A DNA stretch of 64,000 nucleotides from Candidatus Obscuribacteraceae bacterium (GCA_044229845.1 JBGASG010000007.1:128001-192000); one strand, 5' to 3'; numbered from the stretch's first letter, positions 29,901 to 40,182 are shown. Program-made: numbers and translations. The notes: generated from the letters alone by a model not told the origin.

Positions 29901-31877
29901 ATGAAAGATGCAAGGCGCCCTCGCGGTGCATCAATGATTGTGCTAACACTCATCATTGCGCTGTTGATCGTCTTCGTCGTCGGATTGTTTGCATTTGAAC
30001 TGAACCGCGTTGAAGTGGCTCGGGCTCAATTGCGATCCGGTACCGAAGCCGCAGCGCTGGCAGCTGTAACCACGCTTGCCAGCCAACAGAGCACGAATAC
30101 AATGCAAGCTCACACGGATGCTGTTGCTGCTGCGCTAGCCTGCTTCAGACGAAATGAAGTGTTAGGTACGCAGTTGGATGGTGCTGATGCCGATGAGCCT
30201 GGAATTCCCCAGGCCTATCAAGCTGCAAGCAACACCCCACCGGACCAGCCGCCAGTCCTAAAAGAAGCTTCGTTGTTCATGGAGTTTCTCGATCCGAACA
30301 GCAATCCACCCAATCAGGTGGTACCGATGGGAGATGACCGCGGTAAAGCGATTCGCTGCTATGGTAACTTCCACTATCAGCCTGCGTTCTCGGCATTTAC
30401 TGGAGTAGGCGACACTTACTTGCACTGTATGTCCACCGGCGGCGTACCAGATCTCGACGTAGTGCTCTGCTTCGACATATCCGGTTCTATCGACGACCAG
30501 ACCCCAGTGACGCTGGTTAAGCGCTACAGAAAATATGCTGCTAACGGGACTGGTGCTAATGCCCAATTCAATGGTGAAGGCAATACCAACACTTTTGGTT
30601 CTCGCGTAGATGCAGTACCAGTCGCTCAGGTGAGTGGAGTCCGTTACTTTGTTTGCAACGATCCTGATGGTGCCCAACAGAACAACGGCAACACCGGCAA
30701 AGCAATCGGCAGTATCTATGGACTGATGGATCCTCCGCCCACGGGTACTTCCTTTAATGGTGTAGCTCCGCAATTCCTGGACCAAGCCGGTTCTGGACTC
30801 CAATTCGATACTACTGCTGCCACGCTGCGTGGATTGCCCAATCAGGGTGGTCTGCCAGCCAACAACACTACTCCAAACAATGACGAGGCCGGCGTTTCCA
30901 GATTTACGGATGAGGTCGTCAACCTGGACGGAAACATCATATATGGTGGCTACAACTATGTCGGACCACCTGGCAATCCGACAACCGCAGGCAACCCACC
31001 TGGACCGGGCGGTAACTTCGCGTTCCCGAACATTCCGGTTCTGGTTGAAGCCTCGCGCGGCAACCTGGACAATGCTGGTGTATTCGCCAGCAGCGGTGCT
31101 CAGACAGCGTTCCAGCAGTTGAACATTAACGTCACACCACAAGCCGGTTACAAGGCTGCCTATGATGCCCAGGCATTCGCAATGCTGAAACCAATCGGCG
31201 ATGCAAAACGCGCAGCTTCGCTGTTCTACACATTGATGAACAACAACACCAAAGGACACTTTGGTTTGGTGACCTTCACGAATGGAGTTGGAAGCAGTCC
31301 GAGTTCCACCTGGGGACCGGATGACTCCATCGCCAACAACTACTCGGGGGATGTACAGCTTCCGTATCCAAATCCTATGGTTCCGCTGAGTTCGGTGATC
31401 TCCAATACAGGCTACACCAGTTGCATAAATGCGATTCCAAATCTCGTGGCGAGCCAAAGTACCAACATCAACCAGTCCTTGATCACGGCTCGTACCGAGT
31501 TGACCACGCACCAGAGGCCCAACGCTAAGCGAGCAATTGTTTTGTTTACGGACGGTCAGCCCACAGTGGGTGGCGATCCGCGAGGAGGAGTTTGCACCCA
31601 ACTCGCAAGCGACGGCATTCCTGTCTACAGTATCGGACTTGCTCAAAATACAGCCATCGTCAGCGGCGAAATCGACTTGTTGAACGATGGAGGTACTGGC
31701 TCTAACTACACATACACAGACCCGATTACAGGTACACCATCGAACTACACCGCAACTACGGATGGCATTTCTAAGATTGCCAGCAATGGCGGAAAGTTCT
31801 ATCTGGTGACTAACTCGGCAAACCTGGGTATTATTTTCGGTAACATCGCTCGTAGCTTGTGTGCGCTCGTCAAATAG
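29901..31877 (+). CDS. TadG-like pilin with a split von Willebrand A domain (putative tip adhesin)
   Basis: RPRG|ASMI leader plus TM, QLRSGTEAAALAA Tad motif, MIDAS DISGS, LFTDGQPT, IPVYSIG; GAGGAGG RBS. Confidence 0.87.
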   Translation: MKDARRPRGASMIVLTLIIALLIVFVVGLFAFELNRVEVARAQLRSGTEAAALAAVTTLASQQSTNTMQAHTDAVAAALACFRRNEVLGTQLDGADADEPGIPQAYQAASNTPPDQPPVLKEASLFMEFLDPNSNPPNQVVPMGDDRGKAIRCYGNFHYQPAFSAFTGVGDTYLHCMSTGGVPDLDVVLCFDISGSIDDQTPVTLVKRYRKYAANGTGANAQFNGEGNTNTFGSRVDAVPVAQVSGVRYFVCNDPDGAQQNNGNTGKAIGSIYGLMDPPPTGTSFNGVAPQFLDQAGSGLQFDTTAATLRGLPNQGGLPANNTTPNNDEAGVSRFTDEVVNLDGNIIYGGYNYVGPPGNPTTAGNPPGPGGNFAFPNIPVLVEASRGNLDNAGVFASSGAQTAFQQLNINVTPQAGYKAAYDAQAFAMLKPIGDAKRAASLFYTLMNNNTKGHFGLVTFTNGVGSSPSSTWGPDDSIANNYSGDVQLPYPNPMVPLSSVISNTGYTSCINAIPNLVASQSTNINQSLITARTELTTHQRPNAKRAIVLFTDGQPTVGGDPRGGVCTQLASDGIPVYSIGLAQNTAIVSGEIDLLNDGGTGSNYTYTDPITGTPSNYTATTDGISKIASNGGKFYLVTNSANLGIIFGNIARSLCALVK

Positions 31878-31892
31878 GCAGGTGAACCAGAC

Positions 31893-32390
31893 ATGAGAAG
31901 ACCAATGAGGAATCCCAGAGGACACAATGCCATCGAGCTGGCTTCGATATGTATCATATTCGTGGTCGTCACGGTGTTGTGTCTGGACGTAGGAGTAATG
32001 ATACTTGCCAGCGGTACCAACGAGCGCGCCTGCCGAGATGCATGCAGAGCAGCGGCTCAAGCTACCACCTCGGCAACGGCATTGCAGGCAGCACAAGCTG
32101 CTTGCGCCGCCCACGCAGCAGGCAGCCAGTACTTCGCCACTCAACCGACTGTGGATGTAGCTACCTTCCAGTACCAGGACTTTGCGGCAACTAATGGCGT
32201 TCCACCGCCGCCGTTGCCCGCATCGACACCGCCCACTGTGACTGTGACAACACGAGTTGACGTCATCGTTCCAGCGCCGATTGTATTCATGGGACTGGTC
32301 AAGTTCGGAGGTCCGGGACAGAACACAATGACCTTCCGGAAGACTTACGTCTTTCCGATTGTCAGAGCACCTCTGTTCCTCCCACCATAA
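31893..32390 (+). CDS. TadE-like minor pilin, paralogue 3
   Basis: PRG|HNAIEL with Glu+5, TM helix, ACRDACRAAA. Confidence 0.82.
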   Translation: MRRPMRNPRGHNAIELASICIIFVVVTVLCLDVGVMILASGTNERACRDACRAAAQATTSATALQAAQAACAAHAAGSQYFATQPTVDVATFQYQDFAATNGVPPPPLPASTPPTVTVTTRVDVIVPAPIVFMGLVKFGGPGQNTMTFRKTYVFPIVRAPLFLPP

Positions 32391-32422
32391 CCTCCGATCT
32401 TCGCAACAACAACAAACAACCG

Positions 32423-32448
32423 AACGCCGCCCTCCGGGGCGGCGTTTT
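32423..32448 (+). terminator. Rho-independent terminator ending the Tad cluster
   Basis: AACGCCGCCC-TCCG-GGGCGGCGTT followed by TT. Confidence 0.75.
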
Positions 32449-32518
32449 CGTAGTTGGTGCTAAATGAGCGTCATGAGGCGGTTGTCCAACGTGGCTGCGT
32501 GCTATTGTCACACTCCCC

Positions 32519-33301
32519 ATGTTTCAATTTTTCTCTCTGGTGCTTGTTTTTTATCTGTGGCACGCGTTCGGCGTGACTATAGGCTTGCACCGGCTGCTGT
32601 CCCATCGAGCTTTCCGATGCCCTAAAGCTGTGGAGTACTTCTGGGTTCTGGGAGCCTACCTGGCGTTCCACGGGTCACCATGCTGGTGGGCCACCATTCA
32701 CCGCGCCCATCACAGGCATTCGGACACAGTTCTAGATCCTCACACACCAACCATCAGTGTGATGCACTCGTACTGGTTTTTCCGTGACTTCGCCTATCCG
32801 GATCACATCAATCCGCACGTGCAAAGCAAAGATTTGCTCGCCGATCCCGTTTACCGCGCGCTCGAGTGTGGTGGCAACTGGCGTGTGGGTTACGCCGTTA
32901 ACGTTGTGGCGTGCATCCTATTTCGACTCGCCTTGTTGTTGCTGTGTGGACCCGTGGTCGCAGGAGCAAGCTTGCTTGCGGGAGTCTTGGCGCTTAACAT
33001 GCCGCTGATCTTGAACATCATTTGTCACATTCCGAGATTCGGTTACCGACTCTACGACACCAAGGATCAGAGCGTGAACGTGTGGTTTATGGCCGTGGTG
33101 GGCTTGGGTGACGGATGGCACAACAACCATCATGCATGCCCCGGTTCTAGTCGAATGGGCATCAAGCCGTGGGAAATCGATTTGTCGTTTGAACTGCTGC
33201 GAGTGATGCAAAAGATGCGCCTAGCATCGCAGATAAACGAGAGTCTGCTAGCGCCGGCGCCCTCGCGGGAGACTGCTCCTCTGCCGGCAGCAAAGCGCTA
33301 G
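32519..33301 (+). CDS. Acyl-lipid/acyl-CoA delta-9-type fatty acid desaturase
   Basis: Three His boxes: HRLLSH, HRAHH, HNNHH; PWEIDL. Confidence 0.92.
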   Translation: MFQFFSLVLVFYLWHAFGVTIGLHRLLSHRAFRCPKAVEYFWVLGAYLAFHGSPCWWATIHRAHHRHSDTVLDPHTPTISVMHSYWFFRDFAYPDHINPHVQSKDLLADPVYRALECGGNWRVGYAVNVVACILFRLALLLLCGPVVAGASLLAGVLALNMPLILNIICHIPRFGYRLYDTKDQSVNVWFMAVVGLGDGWHNNHHACPGSSRMGIKPWEIDLSFELLRVMQKMRLASQINESLLAPAPSRETAPLPAAKR

Positions 33302-33516
33302 CCAGCTTCAGTCACAAACTTGGTCGTGGTCTTCTGGGTCTTCCACGGTTCGTGCACCGGGCGCCCCTTCTGCTTCGCGATTTGGGCGTTGATGGTCTGC
33401 AGCTTGATCAAAATAGCTACTTTTTCCTCGATAGGCAGATTCGCCTGCTCGTGGCGGCGGGTTTCATACCCCTTGAGCAGCTCTTGAGTGGTCACAACTT
33501 TAGACTCGATCTTCAC
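33298..33516 (-). CDS. Small protein partner of the second nucleotidyltransferase
   Basis: RRHEQANLPIEEKVAILIKLQ; directly downstream of the NTase on the same strand. Confidence 0.65.
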   Translation of the reverse strand: MKIESKVVTTQELLKGYETRRHEQANLPIEEKVAILIKLQTINAQIAKQKGRPVHEPWKTQKTTTKFVTEAG

Positions 33517-33558
33517 CGCAGCAGACCCCTTTGTGATATCTAGTATACATACATTTTG

Positions 33559-34056
33559 TTAAGCTGTTATCTTGGACCATTTTTCAGCCAAATTGTGCCG
33601 CTGGAGAATGTCTTTTAGCTTGGACCAGTCCGGCTCGCGCGACTCTAAGGCGCCGGCGATACGCGCTTTATCTTTTACCCGGCCTAAGTCAGCTGCAATC
33701 GCAAGCAAGTGCTCGTAAGTAAAAACCCTGGTGTCAGTCTCACCGTACTTGTCTGGAATCGCGAGTTCTAGAGCCTCTTCGACTAACTTGGTCGGGGGGT
33801 GCAGGAACTGAACTGGAATTCCTTCAATCATTATGTGTGCGGCGCGAAATTGGTAGCCCAGCTCCTGGACCCTCGCAGACAAGGGTTCCAAATTGGTTAG
33901 TCCGCTTTCAGAAGTCGGTAGATAACAAAAAATGTCGAGGTCCTCGGTAAACGACGGCTCAACATAAAACAGAAATCCAATCGCGCCGCCAATTGCATAG
34001 CGGCCGATTATCTTCTCTGCCTCAAGGTTGTTGATAACGCGGAGGGTATCTTCCAT
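33559..34056 (-). CDS. Nucleotidyltransferase-fold protein
   Basis: YAIGGAIG...TEDLDIF, GIPVQFL, GRVKD; start ATG 34056. Confidence 0.8.
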   Translation of the reverse strand: MEDTLRVINNLEAEKIIGRYAIGGAIGFLFYVEPSFTEDLDIFCYLPTSESGLTNLEPLSARVQELGYQFRAAHIMIEGIPVQFLHPPTKLVEEALELAIPDKYGETDTRVFTYEHLLAIAADLGRVKDKARIAGALESREPDWSKLKDILQRHNLAEKWSKITA

Positions 34057-34483
34057 TGGCAGCAAATCGATCCGGAATCTGCTTCTTGCGACCAGCAACA
34101 TCGTATTTTCTTGACAAGCCGCTTCCCGTTAGAAACTTCTGATCGATGCGCTGGATTAGCCGTACACCATCGTCAGCGTGTGTATGCAGGTCGGCGGGCC
34201 TTAGCTTCGGTCCAACCTTTATGACACCATATGTAGTGTCAATCCTCTCGCAGGGATGCTCTGAGAACACAGACGCTTAGGCAGCTGACTACCAGATAGA
34301 CCGAGGATCGGCCGCTTTACCTGTCTTTCCACCGGCGTCTGAATTCTTGGATCCCTTTGCACTACTCATGCCCTGCGGTATCACCCCATGGTCTAGCTTC
34401 TACCGAATTTTCACTACTTCCGGTGGGATCTTCCGAATAGCTTGCACCAATTGGAGATTGCCTAGATTGTACAACCCGCAGCA

Positions 34484-34945
34484 TCACACACAGTCGAGGT
34501 CGGAGAAGCTTACTAGCTCGCAGTAGTGGGGTGACGTCACTTTCTGTTCGGCTCTGCCGGTCGGGTGAAAGATTATGATGCGACGAAAGCCGGTACTAGA
34601 CTCAAGAGTTACCAGTGTCGAGCCGCTGGGAGCTAAGGTGAATGACAGCAGGTCCTCTCGCAAATTGAACATTGAGAGTAGTCCCATGGCGGACAACAAT
34701 TGCGATGACTGACTGCTTTCTCGGAGAATGTACATTGCTCGGTCATAAAAATCGGTTGCTTGAGGACGGGACTGAGATCCGAATCCTTGGTTGGGCTTCA
34801 CGGACATTTGTCTGAGCGCTCGCACGAGCGCGAAAGGCGGATGGCACTCTTTTTCGAGATTCAATGCCAAATTCATTGGTGCGCTTCCTCGTTTTTGAGC
34901 CGCCGCAAAGTATGCGGGCAGTGGGTCTGGAGAGAATGGGGGCAT
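34484..34945 (-). CDS. Hypothetical protein
   Basis: Longest ORF in the interval; no recognisable motif; start uncertain. Confidence 0.4.
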   Translation of the reverse strand: MPPFSPDPLPAYFAAAQKRGSAPMNLALNLEKECHPPFALVRALRQMSVKPNQGFGSQSRPQATDFYDRAMYILRESSQSSQLLSAMGLLSMFNLREDLLSFTLAPSGSTLVTLESSTGFRRIIIFHPTGRAEQKVTSPHYCELVSFSDLDCV

Positions 34946-35085
34946 TTGCTGATACCCTACAAAAGCAATCGTGAAAACTTCGTGGCAGCGCCCGATGGGC
35001 TCTCAACTGCCACGTGCGGGGTGGACCTGGCTTGACAGAGCCAGTTAAGCTCACTTAGCATGAACTCCCGTCTGCGGTTGGAAAA

Positions 35086-36429
35086 TTGGTTCGTTCCCCA
35101 GAATCCGAAAACGAAGCTGGAAAACCGGCGAAGTCTGCAGCCGGCCCCGAGTATCTTTTGGTTGCGGATTCTGCCGGTGGCAACGGACCCAACCCGTTTG
35201 CGAAAGAGCTTCCGTGGCAGACGAAACCGACGCGGTGGCAGCCGGCTCAACCCAGTGCAGGCGACGGACGGCGGGCAAGCGGCGTTGAGAAAGACCAACC
35301 GGCTTCAGCCTCCAACGACTCCTGGCGCCAAGAAGTGATCAGGCTATCGAGAAACGCCATTTCCGATGCTAAGGCTATTCAGACCGCCATCGATAAGGCT
35401 GCGTCATCGCGTGAGCCAACTGTAATTTCTGTTCCGCCTGGTTCCTACAAGGGACAGATCTCATTTCCAGACGGTGCGCGCAATATTCATCTGAAAGCAC
35501 TTATCGGTCCCAGGGGCGAGCGCGCCGTTTTTGACATGGCTGGTGTGAGCCCGACTGCGGACAAGCCTGCAGTGTTCTACTTGCAAAATGCGCGCAACAT
35601 ATCTATCGAAGGATTTGAGTTGACCAACTTCAAGTCTGACGACAAAGAAAACCCAGCTGCAGGCATCATCGTGGAGGGAGTAAGCCGTCAGATCTCTATT
35701 CGCGACAACCTAATCCATCACTTCGGTATAGGCAAATTGGGCAGCAAAGCGGATTTGACTGGCTCCGAGCCCATTTCGGTTCGAGGCAGAGGCACCACGG
35801 AAGAAACAGCGACACGGCAGATTGTGATCAGCAACAATACGCTGCACGACATTAATCTCGGATCGCATGAAGGTATCACGGTAAACGGTAATGTGGACGG
35901 TTTTCTTGTGGCTCTAAACAACGTGCGCAACGTCAACAACATCGGGATTGATATCGTTGGTGGTTATCGCGTTTCTTCCAATCCTCGCTTAGATGCGGCT
36001 CGCAATGGGGTGGTCAGAGGAAACTTTGTGGCAGGAATAGACTCTGACCGCAACCGCGCCTATAAGACTGGCGACCGGTCAGCTGGTGGCATTTATGTGG
36101 ACGGAGGTTGGAGTGTCCGCATCGAGAATAATGTCGTGGAGGACACCAATCGCGGCATCGAGGTGGGGTGCGAGAATGCCGGACATACTGCCAGAAACAT
36201 TGAAATAACCAACAATATTTCTCGACGCAATCATTTTGCCGCCGTGACGGTGGGAGCCGGGGACAGACGGCACGGTAGCACCGATGGTGTGCGGATTTTC
36301 AACAATTTGTTCATGGCAAACGGACCCGATGGGATTACGGGGATCGACCGACAGCTCTTTTTTAAAGATGTTTCGGACTCGAACAATCGTTATCTCGATC
36401 GCAGTGGACGCCTGCTCAAAATACAATAG
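35086..36429 (+). CDS. Right-handed parallel beta-helix protein (pectin-lyase-like fold)
   Basis: IQTAIDKA...PPGSY and repeated NN-type coils (ISIRDNLIH, EGITVNGNVDGF, AGGIYVDGG, GIEVGCE). Confidence 0.85.
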   Translation: MVRSPESENEAGKPAKSAAGPEYLLVADSAGGNGPNPFAKELPWQTKPTRWQPAQPSAGDGRRASGVEKDQPASASNDSWRQEVIRLSRNAISDAKAIQTAIDKAASSREPTVISVPPGSYKGQISFPDGARNIHLKALIGPRGERAVFDMAGVSPTADKPAVFYLQNARNISIEGFELTNFKSDDKENPAAGIIVEGVSRQISIRDNLIHHFGIGKLGSKADLTGSEPISVRGRGTTEETATRQIVISNNTLHDINLGSHEGITVNGNVDGFLVALNNVRNVNNIGIDIVGGYRVSSNPRLDAARNGVVRGNFVAGIDSDRNRAYKTGDRSAGGIYVDGGWSVRIENNVVEDTNRGIEVGCENAGHTARNIEITNNISRRNHFAAVTVGAGDRRHGSTDGVRIFNNLFMANGPDGITGIDRQLFFKDVSDSNNRYLDRSGRLLKIQ

Positions 36430-36567
36430 GTAGTCCGTGTTTGCGTCTATCTTCGTGCACTAGCACAACCATTGAATAACTGGTCTTGTCGTGCGTGCTT
36501 CTTGTTCTGGTGATACCACATACGATACTACAGGATCAAGCCCTGCGTCCGCATTCTGTTCCTTTGT

Positions 36568-36717
36568 TATTTGATAAACCTCCCGGGGGTTGTTGTAGCC
36601 GAGTGCCTTATGAGGGCGCTGGAAGTCGTAGAAACGGGGCCGGTCCGCGATGCTCGCGCGTGCATCTTCTTGTCGAGGCGCACTGTATGTGATGTCTGCG
36701 GACCACACCTGATCAGG
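36568..36717 (-). pseudogene. Internally deleted IS3-family transposase remnant
   Basis: PDQVWSADITY (first Asp of the DDE triad) joined almost directly to the C-terminal FYDFQRPHKALGYNNPREVY motif; boundaries approximate. Confidence 0.75.
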
Positions 36718-36769
36718 TGCGGTCGATAGTAGCGCCGCGCTGCCAGTGGCCTAAATTCTGGGGACCAGC

Positions 36770-37933
36770 TCACTGTCTCCCGGTGCTTTTGCGAGGCGCG
36801 ACCCGTGACGTTGCCCGCAATACATCGTTCCAAAATTGCCCGTCTCGGTCCTTGACCAGACTTTGGCCCCACCAGCACAAAGAAGAACCAGAATCAGTCA
36901 CGATTTTTGCCATATCATCAAGCTCTTGCTTCGTGGGTCGGCGATCGCCGTAGAGTTTCGCCAGCCAATAAGGGTGTCCTTGGTGCTGTGCGCAGAAGGC
37001 CTGCAATACGATCAGTTTCCGTTTCTGAGGCAGGGTTTCCCGAAGCCAGCGTAGGTATTCGGCTAGAGCATCTCGATAGCCCAGGATTTTCTTCGGACCG
37101 GAGTAGGGTCCACGAACTTTCAGGAGGTCCTTTGGAATTGCGTAGATGTCAAACCCGACGATGTCGCTGAACTGGCTCGCCTCCTTTATCTTCCGAAAGT
37201 GCTCGCCGAAGTCAGCTTCGGAAGTAGCGCTTTCAGGAACCGGCGCGTGCACCATCACGACTCTCAGACTGGCATCGATATGTTTCACCCGTTGGTAGAG
37301 CGCTTCGCACTTTTCAGTAGTTCCGTTAAGCACTGGTTCATCGTAAGCGTACACACCGAAGACGTTTCCTCGACCAACTCGTGAAATCAATTGCCTGAGC
37401 GGATCTTCGCGCAGTTGGGGAAATTTTCCATCAGGATAGATGACTGCGGCCGGAAGCAGGAGCTTCATCTTGTGGCGTCGAAGAGCTGCTAGAGCCCGGC
37501 CGCTCTGCCTGAGCGGCTGAAAGAACTGGGCTTCATAGCCAAGACACCTCACCTCCGGCACTTCTTGGTACTCTGAGAAGGGTAAGAAGATATCGATGCC
37601 AGCAGTCCTCAGTTGAGAGAAAATGCAATCGAAGTTTGGGTTTTCTCCCAACGTGGCGGGAATTCCTGCCGCCATGAAATCGACATCACTGCCAGACTGT
37701 GCACGCGGCGCGCTACGCACCATCTGATTTCCCACACACAGCCAAACGACAAGCAGCACAGGTAGAAAAATCAGGGCGGTGTTCGTAGGGCGCGTACTAT
37801 GTTGCTTCAACTCTTCTGATGTGGCTAAGCGGGGGCTCCCGACGGTACCGGGTTGAAAAAAACTGACTGAGCACCATCCTCGAAGCTCGTTGGAGAAACG
37901 TGCAGAAACGGAGTTATGGCCAGCTGGCAGCAT
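36770..37933 (-). CDS. Putative exported glycoside-hydrolase-like TIM-barrel protein
   Basis: GVYAYDEP, LYQRVKHID, DIVGFDIY, IVLQAF; hydrophobic segment near residue 55; true start probably downstream of 37933. Confidence 0.6.
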   Translation of the reverse strand: MLPAGHNSVSARFSNELRGWCSVSFFQPGTVGSPRLATSEELKQHSTRPTNTALIFLPVLLVVWLCVGNQMVRSAPRAQSGSDVDFMAAGIPATLGENPNFDCIFSQLRTAGIDIFLPFSEYQEVPEVRCLGYEAQFFQPLRQSGRALAALRRHKMKLLLPAAVIYPDGKFPQLREDPLRQLISRVGRGNVFGVYAYDEPVLNGTTEKCEALYQRVKHIDASLRVVMVHAPVPESATSEADFGEHFRKIKEASQFSDIVGFDIYAIPKDLLKVRGPYSGPKKILGYRDALAEYLRWLRETLPQKRKLIVLQAFCAQHQGHPYWLAKLYGDRRPTKQELDDMAKIVTDSGSSLCWWGQSLVKDRDGQFWNDVLRATSRVAPRKSTGRQ

Positions 37934-37957
37934 AGCATGTCAAAAATATTGTGTGCA

Positions 37958-38182
37958 CTAAGTTTCACCATCAAATTCAACGGATGCGTGTCCTGCGACG
38001 GTCTTCGCAAATGAAACTCCGCCAACTTGTAGGCACTGTCCGGGGTTCAAAACTTCCTGGGCGTAAGATTCCAGAAGTTGGATCAAGTACCTCTTCTCTT
38101 CGGCTGTTAGAACGAGCTCTCCAGCAATGTATCTGTCGGCAGCGCTCACTAACTCCGGCAAGGTCATCGATACCCGTATCAT
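37958..38182 (-). CDS. Small hypothetical protein
   Basis: 74-aa ORF with protein-like composition on the same strand as its neighbours. Confidence 0.4.
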   Translation of the reverse strand: MIRVSMTLPELVSAADRYIAGELVLTAEEKRYLIQLLESYAQEVLNPGQCLQVGGVSFAKTVAGHASVEFDGET

Positions 38183-38348
38183 AAGGCTTCCGGCTTCCGG
38201 TCTGAAATGGTTTCAACAATGCTTACTTGCCCCACCAGAGCTCTCTTCAGACACAGTGCACCAGCCTCCGTGACTAGCCGAATCCTTGGGAAAGTGGATG
38301 GGCTGCGATGCCAAGAGGGGTGAGGCTAGTAGCCTGCCGCATTGGCTG

Positions 38349-39236
38349 CTACTCGTGCTGAAAACCCTTCAGTTTGGACACATCACCGCCATTCTTTGTA
38401 AATGCGGTCATCCAACCGGAGTTGTTTATAGCGCCGGCATCGGCGGCAATCGCCATGAATCTGCGATAGCCCGACAGTTCCGGATACATGTTCATGCTGG
38501 CGCGCATTGTCTCAAGCATTGTCGTGGGGTCGGCGCCATTGCTGGACATTTGATCGATGATTCGCATTCTACCCGCGGAAGCAATGTTTCTGTCGGCCTT
38601 TGTTTGACGCGGACCTTCGTGCTCGTCGACCAAGTTCCAGTATGCGTTCAATCCATCCTGGACTCTCGCCGGGTCGAACATATATTCGTCGAGGTCGTCC
38701 ATTTTTTTCACGGCTTCAGCTACCTGTTTCTTCTCGCTCTCACGCAGCTCACTCATTCCGGCGAAACGCGCTTTCGCGTCAGGAGAGGCACTATCAAGCA
38801 GCGCTTTAAATTGTGGATTGGTTTGCAAATCCGCACCGGCAGTCATTGACAGAAAAAGACGATGATTAAAAACTTCAGGATACTTGGTGGCAGTTTCAAC
38901 CGCCATCTCGGTCAACTTGGTGCGGTCGCCGGAGGTAGCAAATGCATCCATCATCCGCATTCGGCCGGCAATAGCAAGGCTTTTGTCCGCCTCGGATTGA
39001 GACTCTTGTTCGTGCGACCCGATTAAAGCGCGATACTGCTTCTCGACGTCGGCTCCAATGCGTTGACCGAACGCCACCTTTGAATCGAGATCGTCCATAC
39101 GACTCAGTTCTGCTTTATAAGCAGGGTCGGCTTTGAAGCCAGTTTCCGGAGGCGCGCCCGCATGCGTCTCCGGTACATCAACCGCCGCAGTCGTGCGCAT
39201 GTCGTCCCGTTGCTCTACAACTGGTTTGTCAACCAT
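38349..39236 (-). CDS. Hypothetical protein with two internal helical repeats
   Basis: MDDLD...AD+..AGRMR..D...G...YPE present twice. Confidence 0.75.
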   Translation of the reverse strand: MVDKPVVEQRDDMRTTAAVDVPETHAGAPPETGFKADPAYKAELSRMDDLDSKVAFGQRIGADVEKQYRALIGSHEQESQSEADKSLAIAGRMRMMDAFATSGDRTKLTEMAVETATKYPEVFNHRLFLSMTAGADLQTNPQFKALLDSASPDAKARFAGMSELRESEKKQVAEAVKKMDDLDEYMFDPARVQDGLNAYWNLVDEHEGPRQTKADRNIASAGRMRIIDQMSSNGADPTTMLETMRASMNMYPELSGYRRFMAIAADAGAINNSGWMTAFTKNGGDVSKLKGFQHE

Positions 39237-39462
39237 AGCAAAATACCTGTACCGTCTATTCCGTCATGCCCAATTCTTTCGATCGCGAATCCTTAAACCT
39301 CGCCTCACTGCCCGTCCGACATGCCAAACAAGGTTCTGAGAAGCTCCTTTGCTTCGACTTAGCGGACGGGTATTCGCCGATTGCTAACAGTTTAACTTGT
39401 GTGGTCAAGACCGCAGTACGTCATTGAGTCCAACGTTTTGCGCAATAACGCACGATGCGGTG

Positions 39463-40182
39463 TCAGGTGCTGTGTTCGCGCTGGCAGACTACTAAATGGT
39501 AGAGCGACCGTGTTGTTGGTTCCTCTGCGTAATTTGCTACTAGATGGCGGTTCAGGTCTTTCGCTTGATCCGGCAGCAGATTGAGCGTCGTGTACTGCCC
39601 TAGCCATATGGCAATGCTTGTATGGGGCGTCACGATGCCTGAATAGCCGTACTTAGATAGCTCCTCCAAGACCCAGTCGCTATCTGGCAATTCCCACTCA
39701 ACGTGTTCGCGAACCAGAGAATTTTTTGTCAGTTTTAGCGCAAGTTCCTGCGCTTCGTGCGAATCTCGGCAAGGGTAATTCAGGACTACATATCTACGAG
39801 CCGTCCGAGCAAACTCGCTCAGCGCCTTACTTCTATCCTTCGGTTCTATGTGCTCAAGTAAGTCCACTGCCACAACGGCATCGTAAGCGGCATCCTCTGA
39901 TGGAATGTCCAAGACAGAACCGCCAGTCGTTGCCGCGTCAATCACGTCAATGGTTGCATCTTTCAAGAAGAAGGCTAAAGCGCCATCATATCCACCTGCA
40001 TCCAAGATTGTCTTTAGCGAAAGTCCGGACAACGCCCGAGCAGCGGCGTTCAAGCGTACAAATCGGTCCCAGGAAAGATCCTCTGCCGCTTCTGCACGCG
40101 TGACCGTAGCGGTAGCAATGCCGTTGCCGCGGATAGAAAGCTCGATTCCTTCTATGAGGTTGATTGGTATGCCACCTATCAT
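39463..40182 (-). CDS. Class I SAM-dependent methyltransferase
   Basis: ILDAGGYDG motif I; YDAVVAVDLLEHI. Confidence 0.85.
   Translation of the reverse strand: MIGGIPINLIEGIELSIRGNGIATATVTRAEAAEDLSWDRFVRLNAAARALSGLSLKTILDAGGYDGALAFFLKDATIDVIDAATTGGSVLDIPSEDAAYDAVVAVDLLEHIEPKDRSKALSEFARTARRYVVLNYPCRDSHEAQELALKLTKNSLVREHVEWELPDSDWVLEELSKYGYSGIVTPHTSIAIWLGQYTTLNLLPDQAKDLNRHLVANYAEEPTTRSLYHLVVCQREHST

Noticed and set aside
30258..32144. 628-aa antisense ORF over the vWA and TadE genes
   Set aside because: It is in codon register with the sense genes, so it only reflects avoidance of TTA/CTA/TCA codons; no protein motifs
34022..34480. Short ORFs upstream of the second nucleotidyltransferase
   Set aside because: Stop-riddled with no recognisable motif; cannot support a call
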